From positions 402,587-466,586 of the forward strand of contig JAXLRH010000002.1 in assembly GCA_046331245.1 (NCBI GenBank): a stretch of 64,000 nt of DNA, in the 5' to 3' direction. Positions 27,615 through 38,594 of this stretch are shown one piece after another. The first letter of the stretch is position 1; the number at the start of each line of letters is the position of its first letter. A program made the position numbers and the translations under genes. The DNA is from Acidimicrobiales bacterium. Its GTDB lineage: Bacteria; Actinomycetota; Acidimicrobiia; Acidimicrobiales; Microtrichaceae. The notes below the pieces were generated by a model. It was not told where the DNA came from. It saw only the letters and a list, made by a program, of their open reading frames with translations, and ran no database searches.

Positions 27615-28514
27615 ATGAGCCGTACCGCCGTCAGCACCGCTCCCGCCGACACCGCCGTCAAGCAGGCGGCGCGGCGCGCGGCCGGGGCCGTGGCGACGGG
27701 CGCTCCGGCGCGCGTCCTCGAACGTCTCGGCCGGGCCGGGCTCCTGCCCGCCCCCGTGTGGCGGCACCTGCCGGCGCTGATCCCCGTCGACCTCGACCTC
27801 GGGAGCCGGACGGTCAGCCTCGTGCTGCCCGACCACGACGGCGTCGCCCGCCAGCTGCTGTGGCGCGGACGCCACGCCGAGGAGTGGTTCACGATCGACG
27901 CGGTGCTCGACGGCGCCCGCCGCGGCACGGTGGTCGACGTCGGCTCGAACGCCGGTCTCATGACGGTGGCCGCGGCCGCCGTCGGCGCGAAGGTGTTCGC
28001 GTTCGAGCCGGTGCCCCGGTCGTTCGCATGGACCCAGGAGAACCTCGATCGCAACGGGCTCGCCGGCCGCTGTCGCCTCAGCCCGCTCGCGGTCGCCGAC
28101 ACGGTGGGCACGGCGACGTTCCACGTCCCGTTCGGCGACGCCCCCTCGTCCGCCTCGCTCAGCACCGACGGCTTCCGCGGCCTCGACGGCGAGCTCATCG
28201 ACGTCGGTGTCACGACGCTCGACGCCGTGGGGCTGCCCGCCGGCATCGCGCTGGTGAAGATCGACGTCGAGGGCCACGAGCCCGAGGTGCTCGCCGGCGC
28301 CGAGCACGTGATCGCCACCGACCGCCCTGATCTCGTCCTCGAGGTGAACCACGACGGCCCCTGGGAGGCGCTCGACGCGTGGCTCGCCGGGCACGACTAC
28401 GTGGCGCGACGCCTCGACGGCAGCGAGGAGATCCTCGCGTCGGTGCGGACGCGGCCCGACGACCCGTACCGCAACATCCGGTGCACCCCGGCGGAGCGCA
28501 CGATCAGCAGGTGA
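27615..28514 (+). CDS. FkbM-family methyltransferase
   Basis: VVDVGSNAGLMTVAAAA...FAFEPVP, FkbM fold. The internal ATG at 27615 was chosen to avoid overlap with the divergent GT4 start. Confidence 0.8.
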   Translation: MSRTAVSTAPADTAVKQAARRAAGAVATGAPARVLERLGRAGLLPAPVWRHLPALIPVDLDLGSRTVSLVLPDHDGVARQLLWRGRHAEEWFTIDAVLDGARRGTVVDVGSNAGLMTVAAAAVGAKVFAFEPVPRSFAWTQENLDRNGLAGRCRLSPLAVADTVGTATFHVPFGDAPSSASLSTDGFRGLDGELIDVGVTTLDAVGLPAGIALVKIDVEGHEPEVLAGAEHVIATDRPDLVLEVNHDGPWEALDAWLAGHDYVARRLDGSEEILASVRTRPDDPYRNIRCTPAERTISR

Positions 28515-28979
28515 TCAGTTCCCCCACTTGAAGACCATGAACAGGATGGTCACGACGACGAGCAGCGACTCGGCGGCGCCGAACATCCCGAGCTTGTCGA
28601 TCTTCGCCTTGGCGGCGGCGGTGTCGCCGTTGCGGCTGTCCTCGGCGATGCCGCGGCACCCGGGAGCGAACACCATGCCGCCGAGCGCACCGCCGACGAT
28701 GACGGTGAGGAAGCCGACCGACACGAACGGGTTCTTGAACTCGTAGAACTTGTCGCTCTGGATCACCATCACGACGCCGGTGATCAGGAGGAGGATGAAC
28801 GCGACGTTCTTCAACGTCTTGCCGAGGTAGCCCTGCACCTCGGCCCACCAGGCGTTGACCTCGCCGGACGCGCCGACGGCCTTCCCACTGCCGAGGCCCA
28901 TCGCGAGGTTGCTGCCGAGCCACAGCGCCACCGAGATGATGTGGATCACGAGCATGAGCTTGTAGAGAGTGCCGTCCAT
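28515..28979 (-). CDS. small integral membrane protein (4 TM), unknown function
   Basis: The start MDGTLYKLMLVIHIISVALW was preferred over the upstream ATG at 29021. Confidence 0.55.
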   Translation of the reverse strand: MDGTLYKLMLVIHIISVALWLGSNLAMGLGSGKAVGASGEVNAWWAEVQGYLGKTLKNVAFILLLITGVVMVIQSDKFYEFKNPFVSVGFLTVIVGGALGGMVFAPGCRGIAEDSRNGDTAAAKAKIDKLGMFGAAESLLVVVTILFMVFKWGN

Positions 28980-29010
28980 GAGCCGCGACTGTAGGCCCGA
29001 CGGCGCGAGG

Positions 29011-29637
29011 ATGAGCGACATGTCCGAAACGACGTTGCACCACTCCGACACCGATCTCGAGGTCCACAAGGTCGTCGTCGGCCCGTTCGAGAACAACGTG
29101 TTCGTCCTGCGGTGCCGCCACACCGGTGACGCCGTGCTCATCGACGCGGCGAACGAGCACGAGCGGCTGCTCGAGCTCGCCCGCGGGCTCGGCGTCCGCC
29201 GCGTCCTCGAGACCCACGGCCACTGGGACCACATCCAGGCGATCCCCGAGATGCGCGACGCCGGCTACTCGGTGAGCGTGACGGCCGACGACGCCGCCAT
29301 GCTCCCGAGCTACGACGAGATCATGGAGCACGACGTCGTGATCCCCGTCGGCGACCTCCGGCTGCGCACGATCCTCACCCCCGGTCACACGCCGGGGTCG
29401 ATGTGCTTCCTCGTCGAGGGCAAGCCGCTGCTGTTCAGCGGCGACACCCTCTTCCCCGGTGGCCCGGGCAACACGTCCCTCGAGGGCGGCGACTTCCCCA
29501 CCATCATCCGCTCGATCGACGACCTGCTGTTCACCCCGCTCGACGCTGACACGATCGTGATGCCGGGCCACGGCCTCGACACGACCATCGGCGCGGAGCG
29601 CCCGTCATTCGACGAGTGGGTCGCCCGGGGCTGGTAG
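29011..29637 (+). CDS. MBL-fold metallo-hydrolase (glyoxalase II-like)
   Basis: THGHWDH metal motif, about 208 aa. Confidence 0.8.
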   Translation: MSDMSETTLHHSDTDLEVHKVVVGPFENNVFVLRCRHTGDAVLIDAANEHERLLELARGLGVRRVLETHGHWDHIQAIPEMRDAGYSVSVTADDAAMLPSYDEIMEHDVVIPVGDLRLRTILTPGHTPGSMCFLVEGKPLLFSGDTLFPGGPGNTSLEGGDFPTIIRSIDDLLFTPLDADTIVMPGHGLDTTIGAERPSFDEWVARGW

Positions 29638-30429
29638 CGGCTGCACCCATCGGCGTCCGACCCGACCGGCCACCAGCACGGTCAGGATCATCACGCACGA
29701 GAAGGCCATGAAGCCCGGCACGCCGCCGTCGCCCTCGGCGACTCGCAGGATGCCGTAGGCGGTGGCGAGGATCGTGCCGACCGCGAGCATCCCCTGGATG
29801 ATCTCGGCGCCACGCCCTTCGATCACCGGGTCGGGCGGACGGGTCGCGTAGCCGTGCCAGGTCCACTGCAGCTTCCGCCGGCTGATCACCAACAGCAGCC
29901 AGGCTCCGGCGATGCTGCCGAACACGTGCCCACCGAACTGGAGCAGCTTGTAGAGAGCGACCGATCGACCCCCGACGCTGAAGAGCGGATTGCTCATCGC
30001 CGGCACGGCCTCGACGACGAAGCCGTCGGCGTGGGTGAACGCGTCGAGCACGATGTGGGTGAGCGCGCCCACGAACACGCTGTACGCCGTCACCCACCAG
30101 CGGTGGTGCGACAGCGCGAGCAGGCGGTAGTCGCGCAGTCGCAGGAAGCCGCCCTTGGGCAGCACGGCCGGCACCACGGGCATCGTCCAGCGCCGGAGCA
30201 GCACCGTGAGCAGGTAGCCCGGGATCACGCAGTTCTGCACGATCAGGTCGAGTCGGTGACCGTCGGTCCACAGCGGCATGCCGCCCGGCCCGAACAACCA
30301 TCCGCTCGTGATTCGCCACAGGTCGGGGAGCATCGACCCGACCACCAGGCCGAGCCCGTCCCATCGCCTCGGCGCCCGCATCTTGAGCGGCAGCACCGGC
30401 ACCTGGTGCGCGAAGTAGGTGAACGGCAC
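29605..30429 (-). CDS. DUF4184-family membrane protein
   Basis: The N-terminus MPFTYFAHQVPVLPL is typical of this family. His-rich. Confidence 0.7.
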   Translation of the reverse strand: MPFTYFAHQVPVLPLKMRAPRRWDGLGLVVGSMLPDLWRITSGWLFGPGGMPLWTDGHRLDLIVQNCVIPGYLLTVLLRRWTMPVVPAVLPKGGFLRLRDYRLLALSHHRWWVTAYSVFVGALTHIVLDAFTHADGFVVEAVPAMSNPLFSVGGRSVALYKLLQFGGHVFGSIAGAWLLLVISRRKLQWTWHGYATRPPDPVIEGRGAEIIQGMLAVGTILATAYGILRVAEGDGGVPGFMAFSCVMILTVLVAGRVGRRWVQPLPAPGDPLVE

Positions 30430-30464
30430 GCCGGACAGGGTGGCACAACGGGTACCGTCGCCCC

Positions 30465-30878
30465 GTGACAGGTCCCGCGCTTCCCGCCGACGAGAGACCG
30501 CCCGACCTCACGCCGGTCCACACGGCCGAGCTGCCGCCGACGCCCACGCGCGATCGCAACATCGTCGCGGCGGCGTGGGTCGAGGCGCCGCCCGAGCTGC
30601 TGGCCCTCGCCGACGACCTGCCGGCGCCGGACGGCCCGCTGACCATCGCGTACAAGCGGCGCATCGGCCCGTGGCTGCTGTGGCGCGCCGGGCCGGCCCG
30701 TGGCGCCGACGCTCGCTACCTGGCCGTGCGGTCCGACGACCTCGCGACCCAGTCGACCTTCCGCCTGTTCCCCGACGGATCGGGCGACGGCACCGGGCCG
30801 AGCGGGGCCCGACACGCCCGCTTCCGCGCCTGGAAGGAGGACCTCCTCGGTCGCGCCGACGACCCGGCGCCGACCTGA
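30465..30878 (+). CDS. hypothetical protein
   Basis: 137-aa GTG-initiated frame with coding-like composition. No recognisable domain. Confidence 0.35.
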   Translation: MTGPALPADERPPDLTPVHTAELPPTPTRDRNIVAAAWVEAPPELLALADDLPAPDGPLTIAYKRRIGPWLLWRAGPARGADARYLAVRSDDLATQSTFRLFPDGSGDGTGPSGARHARFRAWKEDLLGRADDPAPT

Positions 30879-30931
30879 GCAGACGTACCGAATACGGTTC
30901 ACGACGTCGGGCGGAGGTGTAGAAACGGCTC

Positions 30932-33070
30932 GTGACCCTTTCCGTTTCCGTCATCGCCATCCTCGTCGTCCTGGTGCTCGCGGCCTTCGTCGTGCTCCGA
31001 TCGCTCGTGCAGATCGGGCCCGCCGAGGTGGGCCTCGTCACCAAGAAGTTCTCCCTCAAGAAGCTCGGTGACGACGACATCATCGCCTTCAACGGCGAGG
31101 CGGGCTTCCAGGCCGATCTCCTGATGCCGGGCCTCCGCTTCAAGCTGTGGCCCATCTTCTCGACGTCGAAGCACCCGTGGGTGCAGGTTCCAGCCGGCGA
31201 GATCGGCGTGATCATCGCCCAGGTGGGCGCACCACTCGCGGTCGGCGCGAAGTCCGCCGTGTACAACGAGGCGCTCGCGAACTTCAGCGACGTCCGCAGC
31301 TTCATCGCCAACGGTGGCCAGAAGGGCGTGCAGCGCCCCGTGCTCCCTCCCGGCACGCTGCTGCCGCTGCACCCCGCTGCGTTCCTCGTCCTGACGCCGA
31401 GCCGGGTGACGGGCATGCCCACCGAGCCCGAGCTGCTGCACCTCGCGAAGCGCGGCCAGCTCGGTCCGGAGTCGTTCGGCCTCAAGCCCGAGCAGCTGCA
31501 GGTGACGGTCATCGCCCCCCAGGGCGACCGCGACTACGTCGGCATCGTCACCGCGCTCGAGGGCCAGCCGCTGTCGAAGGGCGACATCGCGAGCCGCCTC
31601 GGCGGGTACGAGGACATCCGCGTCGGCGAGGAGCGCGGCGCCAACGACGCGCAGATCGTCGAGCAGCTCCTCGGCAGCCAGAACGCCCTGCACAACAACT
31701 ACCAGGACTTCCAGAAGTTCATCGACCACGGCGGCCTCATCGGCCTCCAGCACGATCCCCTGCTCTACGGCGCGTACCTCCTCAACCCGTTCCTCGTGCG
31801 CGTCGAGCTGGTGCCGATGCTCGTCGTCAACCAGGGCCAGGTGGCGGTCATCAAGAGCTTCGTCGGCCTCCCGACCATCGACACGTCGGGCGAGGAGTTC
31901 AAGTTCGGCTCGATCGTCGCCCCCGGCCACCGCGGCATCTGGCGTGAGCCGCTTCGCACCGGCAAGTACCCCATCAACCCCCGCTGCTACGCCGCGGAGA
32001 TCGTGCCCACTTCGATCATCACGCTCAACTGGGCCAACGCCAACAGCCAGGCGCACAGCCTCGACGCGCACCTCTCCCCCATCGAGGGCAAGAGCCGCGA
32101 GGGCTTCATCTTCACCATCGACCTCCAGGTGCAGATCCACGTGCCGGACACGCGTGCGCCGAAGGTGATCTCGATGGTCGGCACCATGATGAACCTGGTC
32201 AACGAGGTGCTGCAGTCGGCCGTCGGCAACCACTTCCGCAACACGCTCCAGCAGCTCGAGGCCATCAAGTTCATCGAGACCCGCCACGAGGTGCAGGCGG
32301 CGGCCTTCCAGCGGGTCACGGAGTACCTGTCGCAGTACCAGGTCGAGACGAAGGGCGTCTACATCCAGGACGTGCAGTTCCCCGAGGACATCGTCGAGGT
32401 GCTGACCACGCGTGAGATCGCGAACCAGGAGAAGGCCACCTTCGAGGAGCAGCAGCGCGCGCAGCTCGCCCGCATCGAGATGGAGCGCACGAAGGGCACC
32501 GCCGATCAGCAGGCCAACCTCGCCGCGTCGCAGGTGGGCATCACCATCAAGCAGAACGAGGCCGACGCCCGCAAGGCGCAGGCCGGCGGCGAGGCCGGGG
32601 CCACGGTCGTCATCGGCGAGGCCGAGGCGTCGAAGCAGCGGGCCATCGCCATCGCCCAGGCCGACGCGATCCGCGCGCAGGGCACGGCGAAGGCCGACGC
32701 CATGCGGGCGCAGGGTGAGGCGCAGGCGAACACCGACCGCCAGACCGGTATGGCGAAGGCGGACGCCCAGCGGGCGCTCGGTCTCGCGCAGGCGGCCGGC
32801 TTCGAGGCTCAGCGCGAGGCGCTGGGCGAGGCGGCCACGGCGGCCGTGAACATCGTCGACGCGATCGGCCGAGGCGACGTGAAGATCATGCCGGAGATCC
32901 TCGTGCAGGGCGGCGCCGGCGGCCCGTTCGAGGCGCTCGCCGCCGCCCTCACCCGCATGGTGCAGAACGGCAACAGCCCGCTCACCCTGCTCGAGCCGCC
33001 GCCCACCGAGGATGACCAGGACGGGCCCGACCTCCCGCCGCCTCCCCCGACGGGCACCCCCGCCGCGTGA
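30932..33070 (+). CDS. flotillin-like SPFH/band-7 protein with extended N-terminal region
   Basis: 712 aa. N-terminal TM, SPFH core, then an Ala/Glu/Gln-rich coiled-coil (AEAEA-type flotillin repeats) and a Pro-rich tail. Confidence 0.85.
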   Translation: MTLSVSVIAILVVLVLAAFVVLRSLVQIGPAEVGLVTKKFSLKKLGDDDIIAFNGEAGFQADLLMPGLRFKLWPIFSTSKHPWVQVPAGEIGVIIAQVGAPLAVGAKSAVYNEALANFSDVRSFIANGGQKGVQRPVLPPGTLLPLHPAAFLVLTPSRVTGMPTEPELLHLAKRGQLGPESFGLKPEQLQVTVIAPQGDRDYVGIVTALEGQPLSKGDIASRLGGYEDIRVGEERGANDAQIVEQLLGSQNALHNNYQDFQKFIDHGGLIGLQHDPLLYGAYLLNPFLVRVELVPMLVVNQGQVAVIKSFVGLPTIDTSGEEFKFGSIVAPGHRGIWREPLRTGKYPINPRCYAAEIVPTSIITLNWANANSQAHSLDAHLSPIEGKSREGFIFTIDLQVQIHVPDTRAPKVISMVGTMMNLVNEVLQSAVGNHFRNTLQQLEAIKFIETRHEVQAAAFQRVTEYLSQYQVETKGVYIQDVQFPEDIVEVLTTREIANQEKATFEEQQRAQLARIEMERTKGTADQQANLAASQVGITIKQNEADARKAQAGGEAGATVVIGEAEASKQRAIAIAQADAIRAQGTAKADAMRAQGEAQANTDRQTGMAKADAQRALGLAQAAGFEAQREALGEAATAAVNIVDAIGRGDVKIMPEILVQGGAGGPFEALAAALTRMVQNGNSPLTLLEPPPTEDDQDGPDLPPPPPTGTPAA

Positions 33071-33076
33071 GGTCGC

Positions 33077-33106
33077 CTATTTCCCCTACGCGCGTGAGGG
33101 AAATAG
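33077..33106. promoter_or_regulatory. AT-rich inverted repeat CTATTTCCC-N12-GGGAAATAG between flotillin stop and sufC start
   Basis: The perfect 9-bp arms are unusually AT-rich for this genome. It lies 7 nt after the flotillin stop and 10 nt before the sufC ATG. Confidence 0.4.
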
Positions 33107-33116
33107 ACTCTCGGCC

Positions 33117-33883
<767 letters not shown>

Positions 33884-33887
<4 letters not shown>

Positions 33888-35149
33888 GCGACACCGAGAC
33901 GGTCGACCCGATCGACGCGGCCACGGTGAAGGCCGACTTCCCCCTCCTCGTGAACACGAAGGCGGGCGCCGGCCACGAGCGGCCCATCGTCTACCTCGAC
34001 TCGGCGGCCACCGCGCAGAAGCCGCAGGTCGTCATCGACGCCCTCACCGACTACTACGAGACGACCAACGCCAACGTCGCACGCGGCGTGTACGAGCTCG
34101 CCGAGGCGTCCACCAACGCCATGGAGCGCGCCCGCCGCAAGGTGGCGGCGTTCATCAAGGCGCCCAGCGCGGACGAGGTGATCTTCACCAAGAACGCCAC
34201 CGAGAGCCTCAACCTCGTCGCCCACAGCTGGGGGCGTGCGAACCTCGGCGCCGGTGACGCCATCGTGCTCACCCAGCTCGAGCACCACGCGAACATCGTC
34301 CCCTGGCACATCCTCGCCGCCGATCTCGGCTTCGAGATCCGCTGGATCCCCGTCGACGACACGGGCCAGCTCGACCTGACCGACCTCGACCGGCTGCTCG
34401 ACGGCGCCAAGCTCGTCGGCCTGTCGGCCATGTCGAACGTGCTGGGCACGCTCACGCCGGTGCGCCACATCACCGACGCCGCCCACGCGGCCGGCGCCGT
34501 CGTCTCGGTCGACGCGTGTCAGTTCGTGCCCCACCTGCCCACCGACGTGGTGGCGATGGGCGCCGACTTCCTCTCGTTCTCGGCCCACAAGATGTGCGGG
34601 CCCACCGGCGTCGGCGTGCTCTGGGGCCGGGCCGAGCTGCTCGACGCGATGCCGCCGTTCCTCGGCGGCGGCGGCATGATCACGAACGTCACCCAGGAGG
34701 GGTTCACGTCCGCGGCGCTCCCCCACAAGTTCGAGGCGGGCACGCCGCCGATCGCCGAGACGGTCGGCCTCGGCGCCGCCGTCGACTACCTGTCGGCGCT
34801 CGGCATGGACGCGGTGCGCGAGCACGAGGTGCGGCTCACGTCGTACGCGCTGCGCACCCTGTCGGGCCGCTTCGGCGACAAGCTCACGATCCACGGCCCG
34901 TCGGAGCCGGCGCTCCGGGGCGGCGTCTTCTCGATGGTGCTCGACGGCGTGCACCCGCACGACCTCAGCCAGATCCTCGACGAGCACGGGGTGTGCGTCC
35001 GGGCCGGCCACCACTGCGCCAAGCCGCTCATGAAAGTTCTCGGCGTCGGCGCGACTGCGCGAGCATCGGTGTACATCTACAACGACGAGCACGACGTCGA
35101 CGCACTTGCCGACTCACTCGACGCCGCGGCGTCGTTCTTCTCGTTCTGA
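33884..35149 (+). CDS. sufS: cysteine desulfurase SufS
   Basis: ATGA overlap with sufC. PLP-lysine context FSAHKMCGPTG. Active Cys in HHCA. Confidence 0.92.
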
Positions 35150-35173
35150 ACGCATTCGAAGTAGGGAGTTCCA

Positions 35174-35674
35174 ATGGCCGGTCTCGAAGATCTGTACCGC
35201 GAGATCATCCTCGATCACTACCGCTCGCCCCGTAACCGCGGCGAGCTCGAGACCCCTCCCGCGACGCGCACCGAGGGCTTCAACCCCCTGTGTGGCGACG
35301 AGATCGTGGTGTACCTCCAGCTCGGCGCCGGCGAGGGTGACGACCGGGTCATCGAGGCCATCCGCATCGGTGGGCAGGGCTGCTCGATCAGCCAGTCGTC
35401 GGCGTCGATGATGTCGTCGGCGGTGCAGGGCAAGACCATCGGCGAGGCGCACGAGGTGATGCGTGCCTTCAAGGCCATGATGTCCATCCACGAGAGCTCG
35501 CTCGACGACAGCGCGCCCGAGGAGCCCACACCCGAGGAGATCGCCGACCTCAAGCTCGGCGATCTCGAGGCGCTGCGCGGCGTGGTGAAGTTCCCCGTCC
35601 GCATCAAGTGCGCCACCCTCTCGTGGAACACGCTCGACCAGGGCATCAAGGAAGCGGTCTCCCCCGGCGAGTAA
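35174..35674 (+). CDS. sufU: Fe-S scaffold/sulfur-transfer protein SufU (NifU-like)
   Basis: NPLCGDE...GQGCSIS...C motifs. Confidence 0.88.
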   Translation: MAGLEDLYREIILDHYRSPRNRGELETPPATRTEGFNPLCGDEIVVYLQLGAGEGDDRVIEAIRIGGQGCSISQSSASMMSSAVQGKTIGEAHEVMRAFKAMMSIHESSLDDSAPEEPTPEEIADLKLGDLEALRGVVKFPVRIKCATLSWNTLDQGIKEAVSPGE

Positions 35675-35715
35675 CTTCTCTGCCTCCGAGTCGATCGGCA
35701 CGGGAGGCGGCGACG

Positions 35716-36759
35716 ATGCGAGAGATGCGGGCACCGATCGTCGCGGGCGTCGTCCTGTTGGCGCTCGTGTGCTCGGCGTGCGGCGGGTCGGACGACGCGA
35801 GGGCCCGCGCCGTCGTCAAGGCCTACGGCGACCGCCGCCACGGAGCGACGACCTCGTCGCCGCTCGCCGCCTTCTTCGGCTACGACGACCCCGAGAAGAT
35901 CAGCGCAACGAGCCGTGAGCAGAACAAGAAGGCCGAGCTGCGGATCGCCACCTGCATGAAGGCCGAGGGGTTCGACTACATCCCCAACATCGCGTCGACC
36001 GACGTGGCGATGGCAACCGACGACACCGACCTCACCGAGCGCCAGTACGCGGCCCGGTGGGGGTACGGCATCACCACCACGCTGGCAGCAGACGGATCGA
36101 CGGTGGACGGCGCCCCCGGCTCCAGCGTCCAGCAGGACGCTCCGTCGACCGACCCGAACGAGGCCATCGTGGCGGCGATGGGCGAGTCGGAGCGCCGGGC
36201 CTACGAGTCGGCCCTGTACGGCGCGTCGTACAACGACGACGGATCGGGCGACTCGTCGACGGACGACGCTCCGTCCGGGTGCCAGTCGACGGCCTACGGC
36301 GACGACGAACCGTCCGCGACGAGCAAGAAGCTGCAGCGCCTGTCGTCGGATCTGTACAAGCGAATCGCAGCGGACACCCGCGTCAAGGCGGCGGCCAAGG
36401 AGTACCGGTCGTGCATGTCAGCCGTCGGCTATCCGAAGGTGAAGTCGCCCGACAACGGCGCCGTCAGCCTCGTCGAGGAGAAGATGCAGAAGCTGTGGGC
36501 GTCGATGAAGCCGCCGACCGGATCGACGGACGGCGGCGACGGCACGAGCTCCTCCGATCCCACCGACGCCACGCCGGTGTTCGACGCTGCGCTCCTGGCC
36601 TCGACGCAGGAGTTCGAGCGACGGCTCGCCGTCGCCGAGCTCGACTGCCGCGCCGCCTACACCACGGTGTCGGAGGACGTCGGCGCGGAATACGAACAGG
36701 CGTTCATCGACAAGAACCGCGGCCTGCTGCAGCAGGCGAAGCAGGAAGGTCTCAGCTGA
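35716..36759 (+). CDS. secreted lipoprotein of unknown function
   Basis: MREMRAPIVAGVVLLALVCSACGG signal/lipobox. Asp/Ser-rich. First gene of the tightly spaced exporter module. Confidence 0.6.
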   Translation: MREMRAPIVAGVVLLALVCSACGGSDDARARAVVKAYGDRRHGATTSSPLAAFFGYDDPEKISATSREQNKKAELRIATCMKAEGFDYIPNIASTDVAMATDDTDLTERQYAARWGYGITTTLAADGSTVDGAPGSSVQQDAPSTDPNEAIVAAMGESERRAYESALYGASYNDDGSGDSSTDDAPSGCQSTAYGDDEPSATSKKLQRLSSDLYKRIAADTRVKAAAKEYRSCMSAVGYPKVKSPDNGAVSLVEEKMQKLWASMKPPTGSTDGGDGTSSSDPTDATPVFDAALLASTQEFERRLAVAELDCRAAYTTVSEDVGAEYEQAFIDKNRGLLQQAKQEGLS

Positions 36760-36761
36760 TC

Positions 36762-38594
36762 ATGGGCCGCCGACGCACACTCGTCGCCGTCGCGGCGATC
36801 TCGATCGTCGCCACGAGCGGCGCCTGGTACGCCGGCAGCCGCATCAGCACGCCGGCCGAGGCGCGCGCCCACGTCAAGGAGCCGAAGCCCTCGCTGATCA
36901 CTGCGCCGGTGGAGCGCCGGGCGCTGTCGTCGAACGTGATCGTCCGCGGCGACCTCACCTACGACGAGTCGACGCCGATCAACCTCGCCAGCCTCTCCGA
37001 GACCAAGGCGGTGATCACCAAGGACCCGCCCGAGGTCGGGAGCGTCCTCGCCGACGGTCAGGTGCTGACCGAGGTGAACGGCCGCCCGGTGTTCGTGATC
37101 CAGGGAGATCTGCCGGTGTTCCGCTCCCTGTCCGCCGGGGCCACGGGCGACGACGTCACCCAGCTCGAGGCCGGGCTCGCCCGCCTCGGCGTCGACCCGG
37201 GTCCGGTCGACGGCACCTTCGACGGCTCCACGCAGGCCGCGATCACCGCGTTCTACCGACGCGCCGGCTACTCCACGAAGGAGCCGACGGCCGAGGCCCG
37301 CGACGCCGCCGAGTCGGCCGACGCCGCGCTCACCGCCGCCCGCCAGGCGCTCCGCTCAGCGGAGAACGCTGCGAAGGACTCGGGGGCCGGCATCAAGACA
37401 TCGGAGCGCCTGCAGCTGCAGTCGGCCGTCGACTCGGCGACGGCGGCGCTCGAGGCGGCGAAGGCAGCGGCCGTCACCGCCTCCAAGGAGGCGAGCGCGC
37501 AGCAGGCGTCACTCGCGAACGAGCTCGAGCAGGCGCGCGCCGCGAAGCGGCAGGCCGACGCCACGCTCGCCGACGCGCAGGTGCCGGGCGCGCTCGACCC
37601 CGACACCGGCGACCCGTACACGAACGCGAAGCTCACCGAGCTCGCGAACGCGACGGTGACAACGGCGTCGGCGATCGTCGCGAAGCAGGCCGAGATCGAC
37701 TCGACCGCAGCGGCGGCCACCGACACGGCACGCGAGAAGTTCGAGGCCATCGCCCAGGCCGACCGTGACCTGCGCATCGCTCAAGCGGCGCAGCTCGAAG
37801 GGCTGAAGCCGGCCGACGGGAGCAGCGCTGCCACCGAGCTGGCGGACGCCCGCCAGGCGGTCGAGGCCGCGACGAAGCACGCGGAGGCGGCCCAAGCGGA
37901 CGTCGGCGTCACCGTCCCACTCGGAGAAGTGGTGTTCGTCCGGGCGCTTCCGCGACAGGTGAACGAGGTGCACCTGCGACGCGGCGACGTCGCGACCGGT
38001 GCGGTCGTCACCATCAGCGGCGCCGACCTCAAGATCCGCTCGTCGGTGGTCGCTGCCGACCGGGCGCTCCTCACCGTCGGCGCCAAGGTGAAGGTGGACG
38101 AGAACGATCTCGACGTCCACTTCACCGGAGTGATCTCCGAGATCGCCGACACGCCAGGGGGCGACACGGGCGGGGGAACCGGCGGCACCGGCAACAGCAG
38201 CTCGTCCGGCGACTCGTCCGGGGGCTTGTCCGGCGACTCGCCCAACGCGAGCGGGAGCGGGGACGGCAGCTCGAGCGGGGTGGCGTCGGACAAGTACCGG
38301 GTCGTGATCGTGCCGGGAGCGCTGCCCGACGGCGAGACCGTCGACTCCCTCGCCGGCGTGAACTTCCGCATCACCGTCCCGGTGAAGTCGACGGCCGGCG
38401 AGGTGCTGGCGGTGCCGCTGGCCGCGTTGTCGGCGACGGCCGACGGCGGGGTGCGCGTGGAGGTGGAAGACTCGCCCGGTCGCACTCGGTTCGTGCGGGT
38501 CACCCGTGGCCTGGCCGCCCAGGGCTACGCCGAGGTGGCGCCGGTGAAGGGCGCCCGGCTCACCGAGGGCGACCAGGTCGTGGTCGGCGCGTGA
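36762..38594 (+). CDS. periplasmic adaptor (HlyD/membrane-fusion protein) with peptidoglycan-binding domain
   Basis: A TM anchor is followed by a PG-binding-like segment TQLEAGLARLGVDPGPVDGTFDGSTQAAITAFYRRAGY, then a long Ala-rich coiled-coil and beta-barrel domain. The start lies 3 nt after the lipoprotein stop. Confidence 0.8.
   Translation: MGRRRTLVAVAAISIVATSGAWYAGSRISTPAEARAHVKEPKPSLITAPVERRALSSNVIVRGDLTYDESTPINLASLSETKAVITKDPPEVGSVLADGQVLTEVNGRPVFVIQGDLPVFRSLSAGATGDDVTQLEAGLARLGVDPGPVDGTFDGSTQAAITAFYRRAGYSTKEPTAEARDAAESADAALTAARQALRSAENAAKDSGAGIKTSERLQLQSAVDSATAALEAAKAAAVTASKEASAQQASLANELEQARAAKRQADATLADAQVPGALDPDTGDPYTNAKLTELANATVTTASAIVAKQAEIDSTAAAATDTAREKFEAIAQADRDLRIAQAAQLEGLKPADGSSAATELADARQAVEAATKHAEAAQADVGVTVPLGEVVFVRALPRQVNEVHLRRGDVATGAVVTISGADLKIRSSVVAADRALLTVGAKVKVDENDLDVHFTGVISEIADTPGGDTGGGTGGTGNSSSSGDSSGGLSGDSPNASGSGDGSSSGVASDKYRVVIVPGALPDGETVDSLAGVNFRITVPVKSTAGEVLAVPLAALSATADGGVRVEVEDSPGRTRFVRVTRGLAAQGYAEVAPVKGARLTEGDQVVVGA

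Noticed and set aside
33077-33106. Interpreting the AT-rich inverted repeat as a known SufR or IscR box
   Set aside because: I cannot match it to a consensus I can recall with confidence. It is reported only as a structural observation.
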